DNA of 64,000 nucleotides, taken from assembly GCA_963716735.1 (NCBI GenBank), contig OY970321.1, forward strand, positions 2,210,021-2,274,020. The letters are read 5' to 3'. Below the pieces are notes generated by a model that saw only the letters and a list, made by a program, of their open reading frames with translations, was not told where the DNA came from and did not search any database. The position numbers and the translations under genes are program-made. Shown piece by piece: positions 52,988-63,329 of the stretch (positions are counted from its first letter, which is position 1; the number at the start of each line of letters is the position of its first letter). Source of the DNA: an uncultured Solirubrobacterales bacterium. Its GTDB lineage: Bacteria; Actinomycetota; Thermoleophilia; Solirubrobacterales; 70-9.

Positions 52988-54122
52988 ACTGGGCGGGCGG
53001 GACCGGTGCCGGCTCCGGCTTCGGCGGTTTCTTCTTTTCCTTCGGTGGGAGCGGAGGTAGGAGCCCCGCGTTGTATTCCGCTTCGGTGAGGAAGGTCGCG
53101 CGGCGGACCTTGAGCCTCAGCGTGTTCGCCGTACGTGGGTAGAGCTTCAGGTCATAGGGGTTGTAGCCAGGCCCGAAGCCCTGGTAGTAGACGAACATCC
53201 GCACCCGCGGGCGTTTCGTCAGCCAGGAGACGAGCTGTTTGGCGAAGCGCGGTTCGTCTTCGTCGTAGACCGCCCACTCGGCGATCGCGATCGGCTTGCC
53301 CCGCCACTGCTTGCCTTCGTAGAAGCGGTTGAGGTCTTTCCAGACGGGATACTGGGAGTAGAAGTCGGTCCCGGCCCAGTCGACCCAGCGGGCGCCCGGC
53401 CAGTAGTTGCCGGGGAAGTTCCCTTTCACCCTGGGGGAGCCCCCCGGCAGCGGGCTCCAGATGATGCTCACCGGAGCTCCCGGAAGTTCGGTCGGCGGCG
53501 GTCCTTTGGTGCGGTTCACCGGCGGCAGGCCGATTTCCGCCAGGGTCGCGTTGATCCCTTCCAGGCTGTTGCCGCCGCGCACGATCAGGGCGATGCGGCG
53601 GAAGGCCTGCTTGTACCAGCCGGTCGTGTGTTCGCCGCCTTTCTGACTGCCGTCGCAGTTGACCGCCGACCAGGCGTTGAGGCAGCGGTTGGGCTCACCG
53701 AGCGGGCGGATGTAGGCGGGCAGCCCGCGTTTGAAGAAGAAGTCGTTGAGCTGGAGCAGGTAGTCGTCGCCGGCTCCGAGCGCGATCTGCGCGGGCGTGA
53801 TCAGCTCGGTCAGCTTCTGGTCGTCGATGGTTGAGATGTGCAGGATCGGCCGGGTGCCGGTTTCCCGCCATCTTTCGTAGGACTTGTTGAGGCTGTTGCC
53901 CCATGGATGGAAGGTCTCGAGCAGCGCCGGATGCTTGCCGCCGAGAAATTCGGTGAATTCGTTGAACTCCTGTGTCGTGCCGCGGTCGCTGACGCCGAAG
54001 AAGACGTTTGGCTTGGGCGGGACGAGGGAGAGGGCGGCTGCTGGGGCGGCCCAGACGGCAGTGGCCGTGGCGCCCAGAACCGCAACCGCGCTCACTGCAG
54101 CCCTAAGCCTCCGCCAGTACAT
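52986..54122 (-). CDS. Secreted clan GH-A-like hydrolase (GH26-like) with Pro/Lys-rich C-terminal tail
   Basis: Signal peptide MYWRRLRAAVSAVAVLGATATAVWAAPAAA. YIRPLGEPN and PIAIAEWAV are candidate acid/base and nucleophile Glu motifs. Tail: PPLPPKEKKKPPKPEPAPVPPAQ. Confidence 0.55.
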   Translation of the reverse strand: MYWRRLRAAVSAVAVLGATATAVWAAPAAALSLVPPKPNVFFGVSDRGTTQEFNEFTEFLGGKHPALLETFHPWGNSLNKSYERWRETGTRPILHISTIDDQKLTELITPAQIALGAGDDYLLQLNDFFFKRGLPAYIRPLGEPNRCLNAWSAVNCDGSQKGGEHTTGWYKQAFRRIALIVRGGNSLEGINATLAEIGLPPVNRTKGPPPTELPGAPVSIIWSPLPGGSPRVKGNFPGNYWPGARWVDWAGTDFYSQYPVWKDLNRFYEGKQWRGKPIAIAEWAVYDEDEPRFAKQLVSWLTKRPRVRMFVYYQGFGPGYNPYDLKLYPRTANTLRLKVRRATFLTEAEYNAGLLPPLPPKEKKKPPKPEPAPVPPAQ

Positions 54123-54984
54123 CGCCCATCCTTCTCGGCTCTATTCCCAGTTCCTCCGCGTCTGCGGTGCCGCGCTCGGTGGTCATCGATACCTCCATCA
54201 GCTCTGCCTCCTCCCAGGTTGCGAACACGGCCTCGCCGAAGACGTTGCGGAGTCCGATCAAACCGGCGCGGATGGCGGGCAGGGGAACGTGGACGAGCGC
54301 CCGCGGCCGGCCCGCGACGCGGCTGACCAGATCCGACATCTCGTCGTAGCTGAGCGTCTCGGGGCCGGCCAGCTCGTAGCGGTCGCGGCCGTCCCGATCG
54401 AGTGCGGCCACCACGCAGCGAGCGGCATCGTCCGCCCAGATCGGCTGGAAGCGAGCCCGGCCGTCGCCTGAGACGGGCAGGACAGGCAGGAAGGAGAAGC
54501 GGCGCAGCAGCGTCACCCAGGGGTCGCTGCGGTCGTAGACGATCGAGGGGGCGAAGACGGTCGTCTCCAGCGGCGAGGAAGCGATCGCCTGCTCCGCCAG
54601 CCACTTGGCGCGGAAGAAGCGGGTGCGCTGGGCCGCCGCGGCGTCGAGCGCGCTGAAGAAGTCGAAGCGCCGTACGCCGCTGCGCTCGGCTGCTCGCAGC
54701 AGCCGCACGCTCGCCAGCCCGTTCAGCTCCTCGATCCGGTGCGGCGGCTGGTCGCGGATCGTCGCCGCCAGGTGGATCACCGTGTCGACCCCGCGCAGCG
54801 CCTGGCGCAGGAGGTAGGGATCGGACATCTCGCCGAGGTCGCCGAGCGCGATCTGCACGTCGACCCGGTGCCCTCCGAGCCGCCGCGGCTCGCGCACGAG
54901 GCAGCGCACGTCCTCGCCCCGCTCCAGCAACAGCGGCAGGAGCCGTGAACCGATGCTTCCAGTGGCCCCCGTCAGCAACAGCAT
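54103..54984 (-). CDS. NAD(P)H-binding NmrA/NDUFA9-like atypical SDR
   Basis: ATG 54984: MLLLTGATGSIGSRLLPLLLERGEDVRCLVR. The upstream 330 codons of ORF 54103-55983 are antisense to the fdx and acyl-CoA dehydrogenase genes. Confidence 0.75.
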   Translation of the reverse strand: MLLLTGATGSIGSRLLPLLLERGEDVRCLVREPRRLGGHRVDVQIALGDLGEMSDPYLLRQALRGVDTVIHLAATIRDQPPHRIEELNGLASVRLLRAAERSGVRRFDFFSALDAAAAQRTRFFRAKWLAEQAIASSPLETTVFAPSIVYDRSDPWVTLLRRFSFLPVLPVSGDGRARFQPIWADDAARCVVAALDRDGRDRYELAGPETLSYDEMSDLVSRVAGRPRALVHVPLPAIRAGLIGLRNVFGEAVFATWEEAELMEVSMTTERGTADAEELGIEPRRMGDVLAEA

Positions 54985-55074
54985 CGGGACATCATCCCTA
55001 AAATGTCTGTTCGCGCCTGGCAGGCCCCGAATACCCGCCCGGCACCGCAAAGTCGAACCAGGAGAAAGCATCGA

Positions 55075-55347
55075 ATGACCTACGTCATCGCCGAGCCGTG
55101 CATAGGCCAGAAGGACAACTCGTGCGTCGAGGTATGTCCGGTGGACTGCATCCACCCAACCCCGGACGAGCCCGACTACGACTCGGTAGAGATGCTCTAC
55201 ATCGACCCCGACGAGTGCATCGACTGCGATGCCTGCGTCGAGGCCTGCCCGGTCGACGCCTGCTTCGCCGAGGACCAGCTCCCGGCCGAGTGGGCCAAAT
55301 ACGCCGAGATCAACGCCGAGTACTACAAGAGCAAGAGCGCCGCGTAG
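55075..55347 (+). CDS. fdxA: Ferredoxin (7Fe, [3Fe-4S][4Fe-4S] FdxA type)
   Basis: MTYVIAEPCIGQKDNSCVEVCPVDCIH...CIDCDACVEACPVDAC. ATG 55075. Confidence 0.9.
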   Translation: MTYVIAEPCIGQKDNSCVEVCPVDCIHPTPDEPDYDSVEMLYIDPDECIDCDACVEACPVDACFAEDQLPAEWAKYAEINAEYYKSKSAA

Positions 55348-55371
55348 CGCGGCTGCTCTTCGACACCCGCG

Positions 55372-56532
55372 GTGACTACCGCCACTGATTCCGGGGTCTA
55401 CGAGATCCCGCAGGAGTCGCGCGACCTGCGCGACATGGTGCGCCAGTTGGCGCAGGAGAAGATCGCGCCGCGCGCCGGTGAGATCGATCGCGAGGGCAAG
55501 TACCCGTGGGACGTGAGGCAGCGGCTCGCCGAACACGACATCCTCGGCCTGCCCTTCGAGGAGAAGTACGGGGGTACCGGCACCGGCACGCTGGTCCTGC
55601 AGATGGCGGTCGAGGAGATCGCCAAGGCCTGCGCCTCCTCCGCGCTGATCCTGATGATCCAGGAGCTGGGCACGCTGCCGATCCAGCTCTTCGGCTCCGA
55701 TGAGCTGAAACAGCGCTTCCTGCCAAAGTGCGCCAGCGGCGAGTGGTCGCCCGCCTTTGCGCTGTCGGAGCCGGAGGCCGGCAGCGACCCGGCCTCGATG
55801 CGGACCACCGCCGTCCGCGATGGCGACGAGTGGGTGATCAACGGCCAGAAGAACTGGATAACCAACGCCTCGATCGCCGACTTCTACATCGTCTTCGCCG
55901 TCACCGACCGCGAGAACAGGCGGATGAGCGCCTTCGTGGTCGAGAAAGAGCGCGAGGGCTTCGACCCGGGCCAGCTCGAGCACAAGCTCGGGATCAAGGG
56001 CTCGCCGACCGGCTCACCCTCGTTCACCGACGTCCGCGTCCCCAACGAGAACATGGTCGGGGCCGAGGGCAAGGGGCTGAGCGTCGCGCTCGGCACCCTC
56101 GAGCGCACCCGCCTCGGTGCCGCCGCGCAGGCGGTGGGGATCGCCCAGGGGGCCACCGACTACGCCAACCAGTACTCCAAGGAACGCATCGCCTTCGGCA
56201 AGCCGATCAACAACCTGCAGGGGATCCAGTTCAAGCTCGCCGACATGGAGACCGGGACCGCCGCCGCGCGCGAGCTCCTCTACAAAGCCTGCTCGATGGC
56301 CGACAAGCCCGAGCGCCCTGCCGACCTCGGCAAGTGGACCTCGATGGCCAAGCTCTTCGCCTCCGACAACGCGATGAAGGTCACGGTCGAGGCGATCCAG
56401 GTGCTCGGCGGCTACGGCTACGTCAACGAGTACCCGGTCGAGCGCATGCTGCGCGACGCCAAGATCACCCAGATCTACGAGGGCACCAACGAGATCCAGC
56501 GGGTCGTGATCGCCCGCGCGATGGGCGCTTAG
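55372..56532 (+). CDS. Acyl-CoA dehydrogenase (short/branched-chain type)
   Basis: 386 aa. FALSEPEAGSDPASMRTTA, QKNWITNA, and the C-terminal YEGTNEIQRVVIAR motif. Confidence 0.9.
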   Translation: MTTATDSGVYEIPQESRDLRDMVRQLAQEKIAPRAGEIDREGKYPWDVRQRLAEHDILGLPFEEKYGGTGTGTLVLQMAVEEIAKACASSALILMIQELGTLPIQLFGSDELKQRFLPKCASGEWSPAFALSEPEAGSDPASMRTTAVRDGDEWVINGQKNWITNASIADFYIVFAVTDRENRRMSAFVVEKEREGFDPGQLEHKLGIKGSPTGSPSFTDVRVPNENMVGAEGKGLSVALGTLERTRLGAAAQAVGIAQGATDYANQYSKERIAFGKPINNLQGIQFKLADMETGTAAARELLYKACSMADKPERPADLGKWTSMAKLFASDNAMKVTVEAIQVLGGYGYVNEYPVERMLRDAKITQIYEGTNEIQRVVIARAMGA

Positions 56533-56696
56533 GAGGGTCTAGCGAAACCCCCGCACGCGTCTGGCGGCGGCGGACACGGCGCGGTGCGGCGTCCTCGGTC
56601 GGCCAAATAGCGCTGCTATTCGGCCTCCCTGCGTCCTTGCCCCGCTTGGTCCGGCGCTCGCCAGGCCGCATACGCGAGTTTCGCTAGACCCTCCTA
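56530..56696. repeat. 167-bp palindromic intergenic element with perfect 19-bp termini
   Basis: taggagggtctagcgaaac (56530-56548) equals the reverse complement of gtttcgctagaccctccta (56678-56696). The interior is also an imperfect palindrome with a central hairpin ggccaaatagc/gctattcggcc. The TAG stops of both convergent genes lie in the arms. Confidence 0.85.
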
Positions 56697-57839
56697 GGCC
56701 ATCGGCAGCGGGGTGCCGCTGACCGGGGGCGCTTCGGCCGGGGCCGGGGTCGCCTGTAGGACCGGCAGCTCCTGAGGCGTGGCGGCGATGATGCCGCGGG
56801 CGGCCTGGCGGATCGCCTGCGAGGCCGGTGAGTCGGGTTCCTCGATGGAGAGCGGGGAGCCGTTGTCGGCGTGCTCGCGCAGCGGCTCGGAGAGGGGAAC
56901 CTTGCCGAGCAGCGGGATGTCGAGCTCGTCGGCGAGGAGCTGACCGCCACCCTCGCCGAAGATCGTGAAGCGCTCGCCGTCGGGCGTGGTGAAGCCGGAC
57001 ATGTTCTCGATCACGCCGAGCAGCTCGAGGTCGAACTTGACCGCCATGTCGGCGGCCCGTTTCGCCACGGTCTGCGCCGCCGGTTGCGGCGTGGTGACGA
57101 TCGCGAACTTGGCCTGTGGCAGGAGCTGGGAAAGCGTCATCGAGACGTCGCCGGTTCCGGGCGGCAAGTCCAGCAGCAGGTACTCCAGCTCACCCCAGGC
57201 GACGTCCTCGAGGAACTGCTGGATCGCCTTGTGCAGCATCGGGCCGCGCCAGACCACCGCCGAGTTCTCCTCGACGAAGAAGCCGATCGACATCACCTTG
57301 ACCCCGCCCGCCCCCACCAGCGGCAGGATCTTGCGCTCGCCGTTGACCTCGGGTTTGTGGTTGACGCCGAGCATGCGCGGCATCGAGTAGCCGTAGACGT
57401 CGCAGTCGAGGGCGCCGGCCGAGTGGCCTTCGGCGGTCAGCGCCGCGGCCAGGTTGGCCGTCATCGTCGACTTGCCGACGCCGCCCTTGCCGGAGGCGAC
57501 GCAGATCACGTTCTTCACCTGGGCCAGTGCGCCCTCCGGCAGCTTGCTGCGGCCGAGGGTCTGCTGCAGGTTGCCTTTCTCGTCCTCGGAGAGGACGTCG
57601 AAGCCGACCGCGACCGCGGTCACCCCGTCCAGCTGGGATACCTGCTGGGCGACCGCCTGTTCGAAATGGGAGCGGATCGGGCAGCCGGCGGTGGTCAGTG
57701 AGACGACGACCTCGACTCGACCGTCGTCCTTGATCTCGATCGAGCGGACCATGCCCAGCTCGACGATCGAGCGACGCAGCTCGGGATCGATGACGGCGCG
57801 CAGCTTCTCGGTGACCTGATCTTCGCTCGGAAGGGGCAT
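56694..57839 (-). CDS. apbC: Fe-S cluster carrier ATPase Mrp/ApbC/NBP35 family (N-terminal DUF59-like domain)
   Basis: ATG 57839. VTEKLRAVIDPELRRSIVELGMV, VASGKGGVGKST, LLLDLPPGTGD. The upstream 377 codons of ORF 56694-58970 are antisense to the next gene. Confidence 0.88.
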   Translation of the reverse strand: MPLPSEDQVTEKLRAVIDPELRRSIVELGMVRSIEIKDDGRVEVVVSLTTAGCPIRSHFEQAVAQQVSQLDGVTAVAVGFDVLSEDEKGNLQQTLGRSKLPEGALAQVKNVICVASGKGGVGKSTMTANLAAALTAEGHSAGALDCDVYGYSMPRMLGVNHKPEVNGERKILPLVGAGGVKVMSIGFFVEENSAVVWRGPMLHKAIQQFLEDVAWGELEYLLLDLPPGTGDVSMTLSQLLPQAKFAIVTTPQPAAQTVAKRAADMAVKFDLELLGVIENMSGFTTPDGERFTIFGEGGGQLLADELDIPLLGKVPLSEPLREHADNGSPLSIEEPDSPASQAIRQAARGIIAATPQELPVLQATPAPAEAPPVSGTPLPMA

Positions 57840-57980
57840 CGGGTCATTCTCGCAAAGCGCGAGTCCGAGCACGCAGCGACCGGGGCGGCGGTCACGTGCC
57901 CCGACATCCGTCCGCAGGGGGGAGAGGCCGTGTTGCTGAGCCCTTGGGCCTCCATCTGCAATTCGATCGATGGAGGGCCG

Positions 57981-60266
57981 ATGTCGGGAACGCGCGGGGG
58001 TTTGGGACGGATCATCGCGATGGGGATCGCGCTGGCACTGGCACTGCTGCTGCTGGCGGCGCGCGAGGCGACGGCCGGGGACTACACGGTCGCGCAGTGC
58101 GGCTGGTACGTGGACAAGGATGCGGACTGGGCCGATACGACCGGTGGCGCCAAGTTCCGCTCCGACGCCTGGTGTGTCCCATCCGGCGGCGATCCCTTCG
58201 ACGGCGTCCACACGAAGAGCTTCACCAAGGGTGGCTCGACCGTCTCCGGCACGCGTTACGCGCGCTGGCGCTGGGTGGCGCCGGCCGGCACCGGCATCAG
58301 CCGGGTGACGGGTACCTGGTGGCACACGCTGCACGACGGGATGGAGCAGCGGATCGGCGCCGGTAACTGGAACGGCGGCTTCGATCCGATGGTCAGCGCG
58401 AGCGGGACCGATACGACCCCGCGTAACTTCGCCTTCTCCCTTTCGATCCCCCAGCCCGCGCTCGAGGACCGGCTGCTCTGCGCCCGGGGGGAGGACAAGT
58501 GGTGCTCGATTGAACCGGACTCCTGGTCGGCGCTGCGGGCCCTGATGCTCACCGTCTTCGATGGCTATACGCCGGTGCCGGGGGATGCGGGTGCGGATCT
58601 GGCGGCCGGTGGTTGGCGCCGTGGGGCGCAGCGGGTCAACTACTGGGACACTGATGTCGGCGGCGGGGTTCGCTTCAGCGAAACACTCCTCGACGGCGCC
58701 CGCGTGGGGCTGACCGAGTACCCGTGCGCCAAGGCGATGATCGACGGCCAGTGGCGGGCGACGCGGATGCAGCCGTGTCCGACCGGCGCCGCGGACGAGG
58801 TCACGGTCCAGACGACGAACTTCAACGACGGTCCGCATGCACTCCAGCGCTGCGCGACCGATTTCGCGGGGAACAGCGCCTGCCTGTTCCCGACCACCGT
58901 CCTGATCGACAACCACCCCCCGGCGGCGCCTCGCAATCTCACCCTGGCAGGCGGTGTGGATTGGCGCCATGTCGACAATTTCGATTTCTCATGGCAGAAC
59001 CCCGACCAGGGACCCGCCAGCCCGATTGGCGGCGCTTACTGGCGCATCACCGGCCCGGCCGGCTACGACACCGGGGTCAACCTTGCCTCCGCGCATGACA
59101 TCTCCTCGCTCGCCGACCGTACCTTGCCCCGGCCGGGCATCTTCGCCTTCCACGTCTGGCTGCGCGACGAGGCCGGCAATGCCGACTCGGGGTCGGCGAT
59201 AGAGATCCCGATGCGGCTCGACGACGTGCCGCCCGGCGTGACCTTCGAGACCGTGGCCGACCCAACCGGGCCGGAGCTGCCCCAGACGGTGAGCGCGGTG
59301 GTGAGCGACGAGCACTCGGGGCCGGCCGGCGGCGAGATCGAGTATCGGCGGCTCAACGCCGAGCACTGGATCGGGCTGCCGACCAAACTGCAGCGCGGGG
59401 GCGGATTGGGCAAAGCCAGCCTCATCGCCGCGCCCCCGAGTGGCCTCGAAGCCGGTACCTATGTCTTCCGCGCCAGTGCCGTCGACGGGGCCGGAAATGT
59501 CGCATCGACCACGCGGCGCGCGGACGGCACCGAGATGGCGCTGCGCAAGACCCCGCCCCCGGTGGGCCCAAGTCGGCCGGCGACGGGGCAGAAGGAGTCA
59601 CCCCGCTTGGTGCCCGGAGCGAAGACCCGGATCTTCGCCGTGCTGCGCTGGCGACATCGCCACGGATCGAGCGTGACGGTGCCCTTCGGCGCCGGGGCGG
59701 CTCTATCGGGGCGGTTGCTGAACGCCGACGGGGCGGGGCTGGCCGGACGGGGGCTGCGTGTCGTCTCCCGTCCCTCGCACGGCGCTCTCATGCCCCGCCG
59801 GGTCGAGACGATCGAGACCGGTGAGCACGGCGGCTTCAAGCTCACGCTGCAGGCCGGTCCCTCTCGTCGGCTCACCGTCGTCTTTCCGGGCGGTACGGGA
59901 TTAGACGCGGCACGCCGTCCGGCCCTGGCCCTGCGCGTGCGCGGCGCGGCCAGTCTCAGTGCCACCCCGCGTAGCCTCCGAACCGGCCAGTCGGTGCGGC
60001 TCCGGGGGCGTGTTCGTAGCCGTGGAGCGCCGCTGCCGCGACGCGGCAAGCTGGTCGCGATCCAGTACTTCGAGAACGAGGGCCGGATCTGGCGGCCGGT
60101 CCTCGTCACTCGCAGCGATCACAGCGGTCGCTTCCACGCCAGCTACCGGTTCCGTTACATCACCGGAACGGCCCGGATCCGCCTGCGCGCCGTCGTCCTT
60201 GCGGAGGAGCGCTGGCCTTACGCTCCGGGAGCGTCCCGCCCGGTCACGGTGCGGGTTTCGGGTTGA
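57981..60266 (+). CDS. Large secreted hypothetical protein
   Basis: ATG 57981. Signal peptide [33 protein letters not shown]. The ~760 aa are beta-rich with several Cys pairs, and I recognise no family motif. Confidence 0.6.
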   Translation: MSGTRGGLGRIIAMGIALALALLLLAAREATAGDYTVAQCGWYVDKDADWADTTGGAKFRSDAWCVPSGGDPFDGVHTKSFTKGGSTVSGTRYARWRWVAPAGTGISRVTGTWWHTLHDGMEQRIGAGNWNGGFDPMVSASGTDTTPRNFAFSLSIPQPALEDRLLCARGEDKWCSIEPDSWSALRALMLTVFDGYTPVPGDAGADLAAGGWRRGAQRVNYWDTDVGGGVRFSETLLDGARVGLTEYPCAKAMIDGQWRATRMQPCPTGAADEVTVQTTNFNDGPHALQRCATDFAGNSACLFPTTVLIDNHPPAAPRNLTLAGGVDWRHVDNFDFSWQNPDQGPASPIGGAYWRITGPAGYDTGVNLASAHDISSLADRTLPRPGIFAFHVWLRDEAGNADSGSAIEIPMRLDDVPPGVTFETVADPTGPELPQTVSAVVSDEHSGPAGGEIEYRRLNAEHWIGLPTKLQRGGGLGKASLIAAPPSGLEAGTYVFRASAVDGAGNVASTTRRADGTEMALRKTPPPVGPSRPATGQKESPRLVPGAKTRIFAVLRWRHRHGSSVTVPFGAGAALSGRLLNADGAGLAGRGLRVVSRPSHGALMPRRVETIETGEHGGFKLTLQAGPSRRLTVVFPGGTGLDAARRPALALRVRGAASLSATPRSLRTGQSVRLRGRVRSRGAPLPRRGKLVAIQYFENEGRIWRPVLVTRSDHSGRFHASYRFRYITGTARIRLRAVVLAEERWPYAPGASRPVTVRVSG

Positions 60267-60283
60267 TCGATAGGGTGCGCGCC

Positions 60284-60742
60284 ATGTCACAGGCGACGTT
60301 TCACACCAATGCCGGGGAGATCGTGCTCGAACTGCACGACTCCGACGCCCCCAAGACGGTGGAGAACTTCCGCAAGCTCGCGGGAGACGGCTTCTACGAC
60401 GGGCTGATCTTCCACCGGGTCATCAAGGACTTCATGGTCCAGGGTGGCTGTCCGGAGGGAACCGGCCGCGGTGGTCCCGGCTACACCTTCGAGGACGAGA
60501 TCAACGAGCACAAGATCGTCCGCGGAGCGCTGGCAATGGCCAATGCAGGGCCCAACACCAACGGCTCGCAGTTCTTCATCGTCACCACGGAGGCGGCACC
60601 CTGGCTGGACGGTAAGCACACCGTCTTCGGCACGGTCACCGCCGGCATGGAGACCGTCGATGCGATCGAGGCGACTGCTACCGACGGCTCCGACCGTCCC
60701 CTCGACGAGCAGAAGATCGAGCGCGTCGAGCTCTCCGAGTAG
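60284..60742 (+). CDS. ppiB: Peptidyl-prolyl cis-trans isomerase, cyclophilin type
   Basis: ATG 60284. [41 protein letters not shown]. Confidence 0.92.
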   Translation: MSQATFHTNAGEIVLELHDSDAPKTVENFRKLAGDGFYDGLIFHRVIKDFMVQGGCPEGTGRGGPGYTFEDEINEHKIVRGALAMANAGPNTNGSQFFIVTTEAAPWLDGKHTVFGTVTAGMETVDAIEATATDGSDRPLDEQKIERVELSE

Positions 60743-60748
60743 CGCCCC

Positions 60749-61474
60749 TCAGCGGGGCGCCGGCGCTTCGGCGGGAGGCTCGCCGCCGCCGCGCCGCTCG
60801 CGCCGCCGCAGCAGTCCCTCGCCGGGTCGCCAAAGGCTGACCAGCCCCGCCACCAGGGTCACCAGGAAGATCTGGCCGAGCATCATCTCCAGCCCGGAGA
60901 CCATGCGGCCCATCTGCCCGGTCGGAACCAGATCGCCGTATCCGGTCGTGGTCAGCGTGGTGTAGCTGAAGAAGAGGAAGTCGCTTCCCTTGGTGGCGAC
61001 GCCGGGTCCGAAGAAACCGCCGCCTTCGATCCGGTCGATCAGGCCATAGGCCCAGGTAAAGAGGATGCCGAGGGAGGTGTAGACGCTGATTGCGCCCAGG
61101 ATCGTGCGGGAGGAGACGTTGTCGCCGGCGACAACGCGCCGCAGGACCGCGGCCATCGCCACCGCCAGGAGCCCGATCTCGATGAAGTTGGCGGCGTTGA
61201 GGCAAAGCCGGCCTCCAAATGCCGCCGATACGATGGCCAGCAGCGTCGCGATCGCCGCCAGGATCAACGCCCGCCGAACAAAGACAGGCCGAGCATGGGA
61301 GCTGGTCAGGGCGACCACCGAGGTGGCGCCGACCACGATCGTCAGCAGGACCGCTGACCAGCCATGGTTGGGAAGAACCGAGGCGAGCACATAGGTGGTC
61401 AAGATCAGCAGCAGGACCAACCCGAAGGCATCCCTGGCGCGCTCCGCCCGTCGCCTCCACCGCTCGCGGCTCAT
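60749..61474 (-). CDS. Potassium channel family protein (pore loop TTGYGD)
   Basis: FFSYTTLTTTGYGDLVP selectivity-filter motif flanked by TM helices, with additional N-terminal TM segments. Confidence 0.8.
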   Translation of the reverse strand: MSRERWRRRAERARDAFGLVLLLILTTYVLASVLPNHGWSAVLLTIVVGATSVVALTSSHARPVFVRRALILAAIATLLAIVSAAFGGRLCLNAANFIEIGLLAVAMAAVLRRVVAGDNVSSRTILGAISVYTSLGILFTWAYGLIDRIEGGGFFGPGVATKGSDFLFFSYTTLTTTGYGDLVPTGQMGRMVSGLEMMLGQIFLVTLVAGLVSLWRPGEGLLRRRERRGGGEPPAEAPAPR

Positions 61475-61577
61475 CTCACCTAGTTCGGTTGCCAGAGCGG
61501 CGATCCTGCGTGGACCCGGTTAGCGTGGGTGACCATTCGCACACCGAGAAGCGAGAACGTAACCTAGTCTCCAGTAG

Positions 61578-62231
61578 GTGTCGCGCGATGACTTCTACGC
61601 CTCGCCGTTCGGCGCTATCTACAGCGCTTATATGGAGCGCCCGCGCCTGAGCCGTCGGATCAGCCGGTTCGTCTGGGGTGGCGACACCATGCCGTACTAC
61701 GAAAGCATGGCGGCGGCGACCGCGGTGCCGGCCGGAAGCACGATCGTCGACTGCCCGTGCGGGGCGGGGCCGGCGCTGCGCGCGATTCCCTCGAACGGCG
61801 CCGCCCGCTACGTAGGGGTCGACCTCTCGCCCGCGATGCTAGGTCGCGCTCGTGCGCGTGCCGCCGCCCGCGGTCTCGCGAGCGCCGACTTCGTGGAAGC
61901 CGACGCGACGGAGATCCCACTGCCTGCAGCCACCGCTGATCTGTTTCTTTCCTTTTGGGGCCTGCACTGCTTCGGCGATCCCCGGGCTGCCGTCGCCGAG
62001 GCGGCTCGAATCCTCAAGCCGGGAGGCCGGCTCGTCGGCTCCTCCTTTGTGCGCGGCCGTGGCAGCCTGCGCCAGCGCCTCCTGATCCGTCCGCACGTGG
62101 GCGATTTCGGTCCGCTGGGCACTCAGCCCGAAATCGAGTTTTGGCTCGCCGATGCGGGCCTCGAGCTCAGCAATACCGAGCGCTCCGGTCCATTCCTCTT
62201 CTTCGAGGCACGTAAGGAAAACAACCTTTGA
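61578..62231 (+). CDS. Class I SAM-dependent methyltransferase
   Basis: IVDCPCGAGPAL (motif I), VGVDLSPAML, LKPGGRLVGSSF. GTG start. Confidence 0.75.
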   Translation: MSRDDFYASPFGAIYSAYMERPRLSRRISRFVWGGDTMPYYESMAAATAVPAGSTIVDCPCGAGPALRAIPSNGAARYVGVDLSPAMLGRARARAAARGLASADFVEADATEIPLPAATADLFLSFWGLHCFGDPRAAVAEAARILKPGGRLVGSSFVRGRGSLRQRLLIRPHVGDFGPLGTQPEIEFWLADAGLELSNTERSGPFLFFEARKENNL

Positions 62232-62297
62232 CCAGATGTCTCCATCCCTCATGCGGCTGGACGTTGCCTGGGAGAACGTTGGCTACACTGCCCCGCC

Positions 62298-63311
62298 GTG
62301 AAATACCGGACTCGCATGTTTATTTCCTTGGCAGCGATCTTTATTGCCGGGCTTTTCACATTCGGCTGTGGCGATGATCCGGACACGCCGGAGTGGGCGC
62401 TACGACTCCCCGACGGGGCGCAATACGGAGCGTGGTCGCCCGATGGGAAGCTGTTCGCGATCCCGGCCTCACGACAGGGTCGAACTGATTAAGGCTGACG
62501 GCGGCCTGGAGCGCAGGATCAACGTGCCGGGAATCGACAATTCAGCCCTGTCCTGCGAATGCCGCCTTGGCTGGTCGAAGGATGGCTCGGCGATCCACAT
62601 CGTTACCCGACCCAGGCCAAAAGCGCGAGGGGGCGTCGCGGTTGTCAATGCAGACGGTGAGAATCTGCGCACGCGCAATCTCGATCTGCACGTTTCTGGC
62701 GCGACTTGGGGGCCCCAGGGTTGGCCCTTGATCTTGGAGCCTCAGCCGACTGATGACGGCAGGCCGGGGTCTGAGCGTTCCCAATTGCTTCGACTGAATC
62801 GCCTCAACGCCCGTCCCGACATATTCCTGAGAATGGATGGCTATATCTCCGAACCGGCTTTCTCTCCGGATGGCAGGAGGATCGCGTTCACAATCGTTCC
62901 GGAAAGCCCAAATGCAAGCCTCTGGATTGCCTCTCGCAACGACGGAAAGCCACGGCGTCTGCTCACGCATCTCCTCAGCCCCTACTTCTCCTGGTCCCCG
63001 GATGGTCGTGAGCTGGCCCTGAATGCTGCTGTGCAGGGTCGTCGCGGCCTTTTCCTGGTCTCTGCAACGAGTGGCGAGGTGAGGCTCCTCACCAGCGATC
63101 TACTTGCGGAAGGCCAGCCGCCGGCTTGGACTCCCGACGGTCGCTGGATCAGCTATGCAGGCGAAGACAGCAGCGTCAGCAAAATCCGACGCGACGGCAC
63201 GAAAACGCAGGGCCTCTTTGAACTTCCGGCGAAGAAATCTTTGGGCTCAGCTGGTCTCCTGACGGACGCCGCCTTGTGTACAGCGCCCGCGCGATAGTCC
63301 CAAGCGGCTAG
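62298..63311 (+). pseudogene. Frameshifted lipoprotein-like gene with TolB-type PD40 beta-propeller repeats
   Basis: Frame 1 (62298-62492): MKYRTRMFISLAAIFIAGLFTFGC...YGAWSPDGKLFAIPAS then a stop. Frame 2 continues (HDRVELIKADGG...PAFSPDGRRIAFT...FSWSPDGRELAL...PAWTPDGRWISYA). Frame 3 gives the natural end EEIFGLSWSPDGRRLVYSARAIVPSG, with a stop at 63309-63311. At least two frameshifts are needed. Confidence 0.75.
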
Positions 63312-63329
63312 CAGCGAGCCTCTCGCCGC

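Noticed and set aside
54985-55983. N-terminal 333 codons of ORF 54103-55983 (-)
   Set aside because: This part is antisense to the ferredoxin and acyl-CoA dehydrogenase genes. The recognisable Rossmann N-terminus MLLLTGATGSIG begins at ATG 54984.
57840-58970. N-terminal 377 codons of ORF 56694-58970 (-)
   Set aside because: This part is antisense to the secreted-protein gene. The Mrp/ApbC homology begins at ATG 57839.
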